A DNA stretch of 32,000 bases from Aquifex aeolicus VF5 (lineage in GTDB: Bacteria; Aquificota; Aquificia; Aquificales; Aquificaceae), in the NCBI RefSeq assembly GCF_000008625.1, contig NC_000918.1, positions 1,080,001-1,112,000 on the forward strand. The letters run 5' to 3'. Both the position numbers and the translations under genes were made by a program. This document shows positions 1 through 8,415 of this stretch, piece by piece. Within the stretch, counting starts at the first letter, position 1, and each line of letters opens with the position of its first letter. The notes beneath the pieces were generated by a model. It did not search any database and was not told where the DNA came from. It saw nothing but the letters and a program-made list of their open reading frames with translations.

Positions 1-1922
1 AGGAAGTTAAGAATAAGGGCTTTAAGAAGAAGATATTAATTACCGACCTCACGCCAAGAGACGGACAGCAGTGCAAACTCGCTACCCGTGTGAGAACCGA
101 GGACCTCCTCCCCTTATGCGAAGCCTTAGACAAGTGCGGATTTTACGCGGTAGAAGTCTGGGGAGGAGCTACGTACGACGTTTGCCTGAGATACCTCAAA
201 GAGGACCCATGGGAAAGGCTAAGGAGAATAAAGGAAGTAATGCCCAACACCAAACTCCAGATGCTCTTCAGGGGACAGAACATAGTCGGTTACAAACCCA
301 GAAGCGACTATGTAGTTAAGAAGTTCGTTGAAAAGGCTATAGAAAATGGAATAACCGTTTTCAGAGTGTTTGACTCTCTCAACGACAACAGGAATATAGA
401 AACCGCTGTTAAAGCTATAAAGGAATTCGGCGGAGAAGTTCACGCTGAAATCTCCTACACCAGAAGTCCCATACACACTTACGAGCTCTGGATGAGGTAT
501 GCTCAGGAACTGGCGGAAATGGAACCCGACTGGATATCCTTTAAGGATGCAACGGGGATAATGCAACCCTTTGAATGTTACCAGATAATCAAGGGAATAA
601 AGGAAGTAACGGGAGGAAAGATACCAGTTCTCCTTCACAACCACGACATGAGCGGAATGGCGACCATGAACCACATAATGGCTGTTCTCGCAGGCGTCGA
701 TATGCTGGACACAGTACTTTCACCCTTAGCGTTCGGTTCATCTCACCCTGCAACCGAGACCATAATCGCAGCGCTTGAAGGAACACCTTACGACACGGGA
801 CTTGACCTTCAAAAGGTTTCGGAAGCTGCGGAAATAGCTAAGAAGATTAAGAAGAAGTACAAGAAGTATGAAACGGAATACGCGGGAGTTAACGCAAAAG
901 TTCTCATACACAAGATACCCGGTGGAATGATATCCAACATGGTTGCACAACTGATGGAGGCAAACGCACTCGACAAGATAGAAGAAGCACTAGAAGAAGT
1001 TCCGAGAGTAGAAAAAGACCTTGGATACCCACCGTTGCTAACACCTTCTTCACAAATAGTCGGTGTTCAGGCGGTTCTGAACGTAATCACGGGAGAAAGG
1101 TACAAAGTAATCACAAAAGAAGTGAGAGATTACGTAGAAGGAAAGTATGGAAGACCGCCCGGACCAATATCCAAGGAACTCGTTGAAAAGATACTCGGTC
1201 CCGGAAAAGAACCGGACTTCTCCAAGAGGGCTGCCGACTACGCCGATCCCCACGAATGGGACAAGGCTAAGAAGGAACTCGAAGAGCTCTTCAAAAGAGA
1301 ACCCACAGACGAAGAAGTACTCCTCTACATACTCTTCCCCATGCAGGCAAAAGAGTTCTTTGAACTCAGGGAAAAGGGAGAACTCCATCCAGAACCCGTG
1401 GAAGCGGAACTCCCGGAAGTTGCAGAAACGAAGCCCGGAGAAGTTCCCGGCGCTGCACCCGTAGAGTTTGAACTCACATACCACGGTGAGAAGTTCAAGG
1501 TAAGGATAGAAGGCGTTTCCGTGGACGCAGAAAGCGGAAAACCCAGGAAGTACTACGTAAGGATAAACAACAGACTTGAAGAAATACAGTTAAAGCCTTT
1601 TAAGGAAGCGATACCCCAGGGTGGCGGTGCCCAAACAGTTCAGAGTGCGGAAGAAGAAGAGGGAATTCCCAAGGCTACGGAACCCGGAGACGTTACACCG
1701 CCCATGCCCGGTAAGGTTGTGAAGATACTCGTAAAAGAAGGAGAACCTGTTCAGCAGGGACAAACCGTTGCAACCGTTGAAGCAATGAAGATGGAAAACG
1801 AAGTCCATGCACCCATAGACGGAATAGTTAAGAAGATATTCGCAAAACCCGGAGACCAAGTTAACCCAGATCAAGCGATAATGAGAATAGTCCCCCACAA
1901 AGAAGATAAGAGCTATCAATAA
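1..1922 (+). CDS. oadA: Biotin-dependent carboxylase carboxyltransferase + biotinyl subunit (pyruvate carboxylase subunit B / oxaloacetate decarboxylase alpha / 2-oxoglutarate carboxylase large subunit family), 5'-truncated by the window
   Basis: The listed ORF at 90 starts internally. The frame is open upstream and encodes ITDLTPRDGQQCKLATRVRTEDLLPL before it. Carboxyltransferase motifs VEVWGGATYDVCLRYLKEDPWERL, FRVFDSLND and LLHNHDMSGM are present, with C-terminal biotin site VEAMKMENEVHAPIDG. Confidence 0.93.
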   Translation, partial: EVKNKGFKKKILITDLTPRDGQQCKLATRVRTEDLLPLCEALDKCGFYAVEVWGGATYDVCLRYLKEDPWERLRRIKEVMPNTKLQMLFRGQNIVGYKPRSDYVVKKFVEKAIENGITVFRVFDSLNDNRNIETAVKAIKEFGGEVHAEISYTRSPIHTYELWMRYAQELAEMEPDWISFKDATGIMQPFECYQIIKGIKEVTGGKIPVLLHNHDMSGMATMNHIMAVLAGVDMLDTVLSPLAFGSSHPATETIIAALEGTPYDTGLDLQKVSEAAEIAKKIKKKYKKYETEYAGVNAKVLIHKIPGGMISNMVAQLMEANALDKIEEALEEVPRVEKDLGYPPLLTPSSQIVGVQAVLNVITGERYKVITKEVRDYVEGKYGRPPGPISKELVEKILGPGKEPDFSKRAADYADPHEWDKAKKELEELFKREPTDEEVLLYILFPMQAKEFFELREKGELHPEPVEAELPEVAETKPGEVPGAAPVEFELTYHGEKFKVRIEGVSVDAESGKPRKYYVRINNRLEEIQLKPFKEAIPQGGGAQTVQSAEEEEGIPKATEPGDVTPPMPGKVVKILVKEGEPVQQGQTVATVEAMKMENEVHAPIDGIVKKIFAKPGDQVNPDQAIMRIVPHKEDKSYQ

Positions 1923-1962
1923 GCTTTCCTTTTTCCCTTCTTTTTCTTTTAAAATTTTTAAA

Positions 1963-2547
1963 ATGGAGTATTGCAGAGATTTATCTGAAAAACTCAGGGA
2001 AGTTATTAGAAAGGAAACTGTAAAGCTTCCTATACAACCTATCCAAATAATAAGCATAGAAAGGCACGAGTTTAAGGTTCTCTTAAACAAAAAAGGAATT
2101 AAAATTGTAAACCCGCCAAACCTAACCAAAAACCTCGGAGTTTACCTAATACTCTCTTTCAGACTTAAAGAAAAGATACGGGAAATTCTCGGCGAGAAAT
2201 TTGAGCATTTAATAAAAGTTTTAGGGGATATAATTTCCGATAATACACTTGAAACACCTTTAATAACACTCGGTGAAGGTAAAAACCTCAAGAAAAAGTT
2301 TAACGAGGAATTCATAGAAACCCTTGAGAATGCTTCCTATTCAAACGAGGAGGCCGGAAAATTAAGGGAATTTTTAAAGACACTTTACGCTTTGGCACTC
2401 TGTAATAGTAGGGAAGAAATCACTCTGGACCTTTGTGTAATATTACTCCACTCCGAACAGCACGCAACTTTAGAAAAACAACTCCTTTCTCTCGTACAAC
2501 CGCTACTAAAAATTGATAAAAAACCGAAGAAAGAACTGAACCTATAG
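1963..2547 (+). CDS. Hypothetical protein, 194 aa, upstream of holB
   Basis: Open frame filling the gap between two confident genes on the same strand, ATG start, charged helical composition. No family recognised. Confidence 0.6.
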   Translation: MEYCRDLSEKLREVIRKETVKLPIQPIQIISIERHEFKVLLNKKGIKIVNPPNLTKNLGVYLILSFRLKEKIREILGEKFEHLIKVLGDIISDNTLETPLITLGEGKNLKKKFNEEFIETLENASYSNEEAGKLREFLKTLYALALCNSREEITLDLCVILLHSEQHATLEKQLLSLVQPLLKIDKKPKKELNL

Positions 2548-2597
2548 TCCGCGAAGTTGCAAAGGTTATAAACGAAACCTGTTTAAATTAAATTTGT

Positions 2598-3515
2598 ATG
2601 GAAAAAGTTTTTTTGGAAAAACTCCAGAAAACCTTGCACATACCCGGAGGACTCCTTTTTTACGGCAAAGAAGGAAGCGGAAAGACGAAAACAGCTTTTG
2701 AATTTGCAAAAGGTATTTTATGTAAGGAAAACGTACCGTGGGGATGCGGAAGTTGTCCCTCCTGCAAACACGTAAACGAGCTGGAGGAAGCCTTCTTTAA
2801 AGGAGAAATAGAAGACTTTAAAGTTTATAAAGACAAGGACGGTAAAAAGCACTTCGTTTACCTTATGGGCGAACATCCCGACTTTGTGGTAATAATCCCG
2901 AGCGGACATTACATAAAGATAGAACAGATAAGGGAAGTTAAGAACTTTGCCTATGTGAAGCCCGCACTAAGCAGGAGAAAAGTAATTATAATAGACGACG
3001 CCCACGCGATGACCTCTCAGGCGGCAAACGCTCTTTTAAAGGTATTGGAAGAGCCACCTGCGGACACCACCTTTATCTTGACCACGAACAGGCGTTCTGC
3101 AATCCTGCCGACTATCCTCTCCAGAACTTTTCAAGTGGAGTTCAAGGGCTTTTCAGTAAAAGAGGTTATGGAAATAGCGAAAGTAGACGAGGAAATAGCG
3201 AAACTCTCTGGAGGCAGTCTAAAAAGGGCTATCTTACTAAAGGAAAACAAAGATATCCTAAACAAAGTAAAGGAATTCTTGGAAAACGAGCCGTTAAAAG
3301 TTTACAAGCTTGCAAGTGAATTCGAAAAGTGGGAACCTGAAAAGCAAAAACTCTTCCTTGAAATTATGGAAGAATTGGTATCTCAAAAATTGACCGAAGA
3401 GAAAAAAGACAATTACACCTACCTTCTTGATACGATCAGACTCTTTAAAGACGGACTCGCAAGGGGTGTAAACGAACCTCTGTGGCTGTTTACGTTAGCC
3501 GTTCAGGCGGATTAA
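2598..3515 (+). CDS. holB: DNA polymerase III delta' subunit-like clamp-loader protein
   Basis: Walker A GKEGSGKTKTA, zinc module CGSCPSCKH, Walker-B-like KVIIIDDAHAMTSQAANALLKVLEEPP, TFILTT and LPTILSRTFQVEF. Confidence 0.93.
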   Translation: MEKVFLEKLQKTLHIPGGLLFYGKEGSGKTKTAFEFAKGILCKENVPWGCGSCPSCKHVNELEEAFFKGEIEDFKVYKDKDGKKHFVYLMGEHPDFVVIIPSGHYIKIEQIREVKNFAYVKPALSRRKVIIIDDAHAMTSQAANALLKVLEEPPADTTFILTTNRRSAILPTILSRTFQVEFKGFSVKEVMEIAKVDEEIAKLSGGSLKRAILLKENKDILNKVKEFLENEPLKVYKLASEFEKWEPEKQKLFLEIMEELVSQKLTEEKKDNYTYLLDTIRLFKDGLARGVNEPLWLFTLAVQAD

Positions 3516-3525
3516 TAAACCGTTA

Positions 3526-3554
3526 TTGATTCCGTAACATTTAAACCTTAATCT
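3526..3554 (+). promoter_or_regulatory. Possible sigma70-like promoter upstream of the PSP1/RicT gene (TTGATT-17 nt-TAATCT)
   Basis: TTGATT at 3526-3531, 17-nt spacer, TAATCT at 3549-3554, in the 70-nt gap between holB and the next CDS. Read by eye only. Confidence 0.25.
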
Positions 3555-3585
3555 AAATTATGAGAGCCTTTGAAGGAGGTCTGGT

Positions 3586-4476
3586 ATGGAAAATTTGAAG
3601 ATTAGATATATAGATACGAGGAAGATAGGAACCGTGAGCGGTGTAAAAGTTCCGGTAAAAAAGGGCTACAAAATAGTCGTGGAAGACGAGGAAAAGGGGG
3701 AGGACATAGTTGAGGTTCTGGGCTATTCAAGGGAAGAATCCAAGAACGGAATTCAGCCGAGGTTTGTTAGGGTTGCAAACAAAAGAGATCTGGAGATCTT
3801 CAAGAAGAACATGAGGGAAAGCGAGAGGGCTTTTGAGATATGTAAAGAGAAGATAAAAGAACACGGACTGGATATGCACCTGCTTAAGGCCTACATACCT
3901 CTAAATAGAAAAAAAGTCTTCTTCTACTATCTGGCGGAAGAGAGGGTGGACTTTAGAAATCTCGTGAGAGACCTTGCGAAGATATTCAAGAGAAGGATTG
4001 AGATGAGACAGATAGGGGTGAGGGACGCTGTTCAGATGAAAGGGTGGATAGGCAGGTGTATGAGGGAAACCTGTTGTTCCCAGTTTATGGAAAACTTTCA
4101 GTCCATATCGCTCAGGGATATAACCGAGCAAAACTTGCCCCTCTCTCCTTCCAAGTTCACGGGTCCATGCGGAAGGCTCGTATGCTGTATGGCTTTCGAG
4201 CGGGAAAATTACCTCCTCAAAATCCTTTTCCCAGAACCCGGAACAAAGCTCTGCTACAACAAACAGGAGGTTACCCTTCTTGAAGTTGATCCTCTCAGGG
4301 AGACGGTTGTACTTCAGTACGATGAGCTCGGAAAGAAGGTAGAGCTGGGAGTAAGAGACATGCTACCTAAGGGGTACGAGAAAGCTTTAGAGCACTGCCG
4401 TTCCTGTCAATTTTGTTGCAGAAGGGTGTACGAAGAGGCTACGGAACATGAGATTGTCAAAAGTTCTGCGGAGTGA
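3586..4476 (+). CDS. PSP1 C-terminal domain protein, RicT/YaaT family
   Basis: Diagnostic cysteine-rich core GWIGRCMRETCCSQFMENFQSISLRDITEQNLPLSPSKFTGPCGRLVCCMAFE; adjacent to holB as in the B. subtilis holB-yaaT arrangement. SD-like gaaggagg upstream. Confidence 0.9.
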   Translation: MENLKIRYIDTRKIGTVSGVKVPVKKGYKIVVEDEEKGEDIVEVLGYSREESKNGIQPRFVRVANKRDLEIFKKNMRESERAFEICKEKIKEHGLDMHLLKAYIPLNRKKVFFYYLAEERVDFRNLVRDLAKIFKRRIEMRQIGVRDAVQMKGWIGRCMRETCCSQFMENFQSISLRDITEQNLPLSPSKFTGPCGRLVCCMAFERENYLLKILFPEPGTKLCYNKQEVTLLEVDPLRETVVLQYDELGKKVELGVRDMLPKGYEKALEHCRSCQFCCRRVYEEATEHEIVKSSAE

Positions 4477-5260
4477 TCTAAATACGCTCTTCTTATTTGA
4501 GCTGGAAGACGGCTATACCGTGGAGTCCGTATTCTACAGGGGGGACACTCTCTGTGTTTCTACGCAGGTCGGGTGTCCCGTTCGGTGTACTTTCTGTGCT
4601 TCCGGAAAGAACGGGCTCTTTAGAAACCTGAGTGCGGAGGAGATATACAACCAGTACGAATTACTCAAGGATAGGTATCCGATAAAGAGGATTGCGGTAG
4701 CGGGTATAGGTGAACCCCTTTCCAACTGGAGGAACGTAAAGGAAGCCTTTGAAAAGTTTAAAAAAGAAGGTCTTAAAGTATCTTTCTACACTACGGGTTT
4801 TCCTACAAAGCACTTGAGAGAACTTCTACATTTGCCCCATTCCGGAGTTACGATTTCCCTTCACTCTCTGAACGATGAAACGAGGAAGTACCTAATGCCT
4901 CATGCGGGAAAGCTGGAAGAGGTTATAAAGGTTCTTGAAGAAGAACTCCCTAAACTTTCCTCCAAAAAGAGGAAGAAGGTAAGTCTTGCCTACATCTTAC
5001 TGAAGGATGTTAACGACTCGCAGGAAGAACTCGAAAAATTAGCGGAGCTCGCCAAAAGGTTGGGCGTCAGCATCACTCTCCTTTACTACAACAAAACTTT
5101 TGAATTTGAGCCCGTAAGCGAAAAGGAATACGAGGAAGCCTTCCTCTTCCTGCGTTCAAAAGGGGTAAGGGTTACACTTTCTACACGTTTCAGAAAGGAC
5201 AAACTCGGAGGGTGCGGAACGCTCGTTGTAAACAGAAATAAAGAACTAACGAAAGTATGA
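4448..5260 (+). CDS. Radical SAM rRNA/tRNA methyltransferase, RlmN/Cfr-like, short form (270 aa)
   Basis: LCVSTQVGCPVRCTFCASG (CX3CX2C), GIGEPLSNWRNV, ISLHSLNDETR, C-terminal GGCGTLVVNR; aligns with RlmN from its catalytic domain onwards. Confidence 0.85.
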   Translation: MRLSKVLRSDLNTLFLFELEDGYTVESVFYRGDTLCVSTQVGCPVRCTFCASGKNGLFRNLSAEEIYNQYELLKDRYPIKRIAVAGIGEPLSNWRNVKEAFEKFKKEGLKVSFYTTGFPTKHLRELLHLPHSGVTISLHSLNDETRKYLMPHAGKLEEVIKVLEEELPKLSSKKRKKVSLAYILLKDVNDSQEELEKLAELAKRLGVSITLLYYNKTFEFEPVSEKEYEEAFLFLRSKGVRVTLSTRFRKDKLGGCGTLVVNRNKELTKV

Positions 5261-6279
5261 TAAAGGTAGAAGGAAAAGTCTTAAAGGTGGAGGGAGAACT
5301 CACCGCGGAAAATATAAAAAGTTTAAAAATCCCCAAAAATATTGAAAAGATAGACCTTTCAGACTTGAAAAAACTCGACACTTTCGGAGCTACTTTTTTA
5401 GCTCTCCTGATAAAGGAAAATAATATCCCTCTGGAAAGAGTTGAAGGCGGTGAAAAGCATGTGGAATTGATAAAACTTGTGCTTGATAACTTAAAATTAC
5501 CCAAAGAAATTCCTGAAAAGAAAGTGTCCTTCTCACTAAAAAATCTCTTTTCCTTTCCGGAATTCCTGGGACTTTTCTTAATTCACTCTTTCAAATACAT
5601 AAAACAGTTCGAATTTTCGGCTTTTTTTAAGGAACTGCAAACCTCCGGACTCGGGAGTGTCCTGATACTTGTTTCCCTTTCCTTTTTAATAGGGGTTGTT
5701 ATCGCTTACCAGAGTGCGGTTCAGCTGAGAGCTTTCGGAGCTGGGATCTTTATAGTGGATCTTGTAGGCATTTCAACCTTCAGAGAACTTGCCCCGCTTC
5801 TTACGGGCATAATCCTCGCGGGAAGGGTGAGCAGCGGTTACACCGCAAACGTGGGACTGAGGAAGATAAACGAGGAAATTGACGCCCTGAGGGTTATGGG
5901 ACTTTCACCCGTGGTTCTTTTAGTCCTTCCGAGGGTTCTCGCTTCCTTGATTTACACTCCATTACTCACCTCACTTTCCGCTGTCGCTATGCTCCTCGGT
6001 GGGGCTATAATAGCTCAAGTATTTCTTGGTATAGGAGTTGAAGAGTTCTTTAAGAAACTGCCCGAAGCCGTTGCGAAAGAAGATCTGTTTGCGGGGTACG
6101 TCAAGACGCCCTTCTTCGGTGTTGCCATTGCTTTGAACGGCGTGTATTACGGATTTCTCACCGATCCCAAACCTGAAAGCCTTGGTTATTCAGTAATGAG
6201 AAGCGTCGTTACAGGAATATCCGTTATAATCTTGCTCGACGCCGTATTCTCAATAATCTTCCTGAGACTGGGGATATGA
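5257..6279 (+). CDS. MlaE-type ABC transporter permease with N-terminal STAS-like domain
   Basis: N-terminal region LKIPKNIEKIDLSDLKKLDTFGATFLALL is STAS-like. MlaE hallmarks are GVVIAYQSAVQLRAFGAGIFIVDLVGISTFRELAPLLTGIILAGRVSSGYTANVGLRKINEEIDALRVMG. ATGA overlap with the upstream gene. Confidence 0.93.
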   Translation: MIKVEGKVLKVEGELTAENIKSLKIPKNIEKIDLSDLKKLDTFGATFLALLIKENNIPLERVEGGEKHVELIKLVLDNLKLPKEIPEKKVSFSLKNLFSFPEFLGLFLIHSFKYIKQFEFSAFFKELQTSGLGSVLILVSLSFLIGVVIAYQSAVQLRAFGAGIFIVDLVGISTFRELAPLLTGIILAGRVSSGYTANVGLRKINEEIDALRVMGLSPVVLLVLPRVLASLIYTPLLTSLSAVAMLLGGAIIAQVFLGIGVEEFFKKLPEAVAKEDLFAGYVKTPFFGVAIALNGVYYGFLTDPKPESLGYSVMRSVVTGISVIILLDAVFSIIFLRLGI

Positions 6280-7019
6280 TAGTAGAGTTTGAAGAAGTTT
6301 ACTCGGGATACGGGAACACAGTAGTTCACAAGGGGATAAGTTTTAAGGTGGAATCCTCGCAAATAGTCGCAATAGTGGGTGGAAGCGGTGCGGGAAAGAC
6401 GACACTTCTGAGACTTATCCTAGGACTTCTGAAGCCTTTAAAGGGTGAAGTAAGGCTATTTGGGAAGTCCATAAAAAACTTAAGTGAAGAGGAACTCCAG
6501 AAGTTGAGGGATAGAATGGGAGTAGTATTCCAGTTTTCCGCACTCTTCGGCTCAATGACAGTCCTTGAAAACGTTATGTACCCGGTTATCAAAAAAAGGA
6601 AACTGGATCGTTCAATAGTAGAGATGAACGCCTGCTTTAAGCTTTCCGTGTGCGGACTCAAACCCGAAGACTTTTACAAGTATCCCCAGGAACTCTCGGG
6701 TGGAATGAAGAAAAAGACAGCCCTTGCTCGGGCTCTCTCCTTAGACCCAGAACTCCTGATACTGGACGAACCCACCTCGGGTCTTGATCCGATAAGTGCT
6801 GAAGAGTTTGATAACTTGATAAAAACCGTGAGGGACACTTTCGGAACTACGGTAATTATGGTTACCCACGACTTGCCTTCTTTGAGGATATGTGATAAAG
6901 TCCTTGCCCTAAGGGAAGGAAAAATAGTATTCGACGGAAAGCCTCAGGAACTTTTTGAAAGTGAAGACCCTTGGATTAAGGAACTTGTAAAGACCTCAAG
7001 GGGGAAGTGCATACTGTGA
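6276..7019 (+). CDS. MlaF-type ABC transporter ATP-binding protein
   Basis: GGSGAGKTTLLR, LSGGMKKKTALARAL, LLILDEPTSGLDPIS; overlaps the permease gene by 4 nt. Confidence 0.95.
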   Translation: MIVEFEEVYSGYGNTVVHKGISFKVESSQIVAIVGGSGAGKTTLLRLILGLLKPLKGEVRLFGKSIKNLSEEELQKLRDRMGVVFQFSALFGSMTVLENVMYPVIKKRKLDRSIVEMNACFKLSVCGLKPEDFYKYPQELSGGMKKKTALARALSLDPELLILDEPTSGLDPISAEEFDNLIKTVRDTFGTTVIMVTHDLPSLRICDKVLALREGKIVFDGKPQELFESEDPWIKELVKTSRGKCIL

Positions 7020-7909
7020 TAGAAGGAAGGGTGAATTACATTCTTGTAGGCTTGTTTATACTGCTCGGTTTGGGAGTTACACTCTTCGTACTTTTTTTGA
7101 TGACGGACATTATGGAAAGGGAAAAGTTCAGACCTTACCTCATTTACACAACCCAGTCGGTAGAGGGTTTAAACACCGGAGCAGCTGTTTACTACAAGGG
7201 TGTACAGGTGGGAAAGGTCAAGGAAATTAAAATTGCAAAAAATCAGGAGCTTATAAAGATAAAAGTATTGATAGATAAAGACTTTAAAGTTAGGGATGGA
7301 TTGGTTGCGACCCTCGGCGTTCAGGGTATTACGGGACTTGCTTACATAAACCTAGAGTACAAAGAAGGCTACAAACTCGGAAGAGACCCCGAGGAAAACC
7401 TTCCCGTCATACCTATGGAACCTTCCGAACTTCAAAAGTTAACTCAATCCCTTCCCGAACTTTTGAGCAAAACAGATGAACTCCTCACAAACTTAGGAAA
7501 GTTTTTCTCCGAGGAAAACGCAGAGGAAATCTCTAAAGTGCTGAAGAATACCAACAAAACCCTCAAATCTTTTGAAGAATTATCTGGAAAACTTGAGAAT
7601 ATCTCCCTAAGAGTTGAAAAACTGGTCGCTAATGCGGACAAGAAACTCGGAGAGCTGGAAGTAAAGAAATTAAACGAGGTTCTGGAAGAGTATAAAAACT
7701 TGGCGGTTGAGGTGGAAAAGTTTGTGAAAAACCTATCAAACCTCTCTGAAAAGGTGGACAGGGAAACCTTAAGAAAGTTTGAAGAATTGATAAATTCTTT
7801 GGAAAAAACCTCTGAAGAAGTTCAAAAACTCGTAAGAAAGCTTAAGAATAACCCTTCACAAATGCTTGAAATAAAGACGATAAAACCTCACGAGGTGGAG
7901 GAATGGTAA
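7007..7909 (+). CDS. MlaD/MCE-domain substrate-binding protein with N-terminal TM and long C-terminal coiled coil
   Basis: N-terminal hydrophobic helix, then TTQSVEGLNTGAAVYYKGVQVGKVKEIKI and GVQGITGLAYINLEY (MCE domain), then heptad-like helical tail. Confidence 0.9.
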   Translation: MHTVIEGRVNYILVGLFILLGLGVTLFVLFLMTDIMEREKFRPYLIYTTQSVEGLNTGAAVYYKGVQVGKVKEIKIAKNQELIKIKVLIDKDFKVRDGLVATLGVQGITGLAYINLEYKEGYKLGRDPEENLPVIPMEPSELQKLTQSLPELLSKTDELLTNLGKFFSEENAEEISKVLKNTNKTLKSFEELSGKLENISLRVEKLVANADKKLGELEVKKLNEVLEEYKNLAVEVEKFVKNLSNLSEKVDRETLRKFEELINSLEKTSEEVQKLVRKLKNNPSQMLEIKTIKPHEVEEW

Positions 7910-8415
7910 GGCTCTTATTGATTTTTGTACTCATACTCTCCTGCGTCCCTAAGCAGGAACACCCTTTAATGCACAACTTGGAACCGAGCGGAGAGGCTGA
8001 TTTTAAGGTGATTGAACTCCGTGTTCCCGAGTATCTGGATACGGAAAGGATAATGTATAAAACTGACAAAGGATTTTACTACTTTGCAAAGAATGTATGG
8101 GTTTGTGAACTCTCCTGTGTTCTTGAAAACTACTTCAAAAAAGCCCAAGGTGGAGAAGAAAAGGTTTACCTTGAGGTTCTGGACTTTTACCCTGTGTTTA
8201 CGGGAAAGAAAGAAGGGTACGTTTACCTGAGGGCTAGAGTTGACCGAAAAAAAGAGTACGTCTACAAAATTCCCTTTAAAGTAAGGAGTTTTGAAGAAAT
8301 TATTTTAAAGATGAACGAGGCTGTGAACAGACTTCTGGAGGATGTAAACAAATACGTTCAGATAACCACGAGTTCTAAATCTATTTCGGATAGCGGCTTA
8401 CCAACTCCTCCCTGA
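7903..8415 (+). CDS. Putative lipoprotein, possibly ABC-transport auxiliary (PqiC/ABC_trans_aux-like)
   Basis: N-terminus MVRLLLIFVLILSCVPK contains a lipobox (ILSC). Overlaps mlaD-like gene. Family call rests mainly on position and size. Confidence 0.65.
   Translation: MVRLLLIFVLILSCVPKQEHPLMHNLEPSGEADFKVIELRVPEYLDTERIMYKTDKGFYYFAKNVWVCELSCVLENYFKKAQGGEEKVYLEVLDFYPVFTGKKEGYVYLRARVDRKKEYVYKIPFKVRSFEEIILKMNEAVNRLLEDVNKYVQITTSSKSISDSGLPTPP

Noticed and set aside
71-319. 82 aa + strand ORF at the window start
   Set aside because: Lies wholly inside the carboxylase coding frame, with basic low-complexity translation typical of an out-of-frame read.
1590-2129. 179 aa - strand ORF across the carboxylase 3' end and the hypothetical gene
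   Set aside because: Overlaps the biotinyl-domain coding sequence antisense, with hydrophobic composition typical of a shadow ORF. No independent support.
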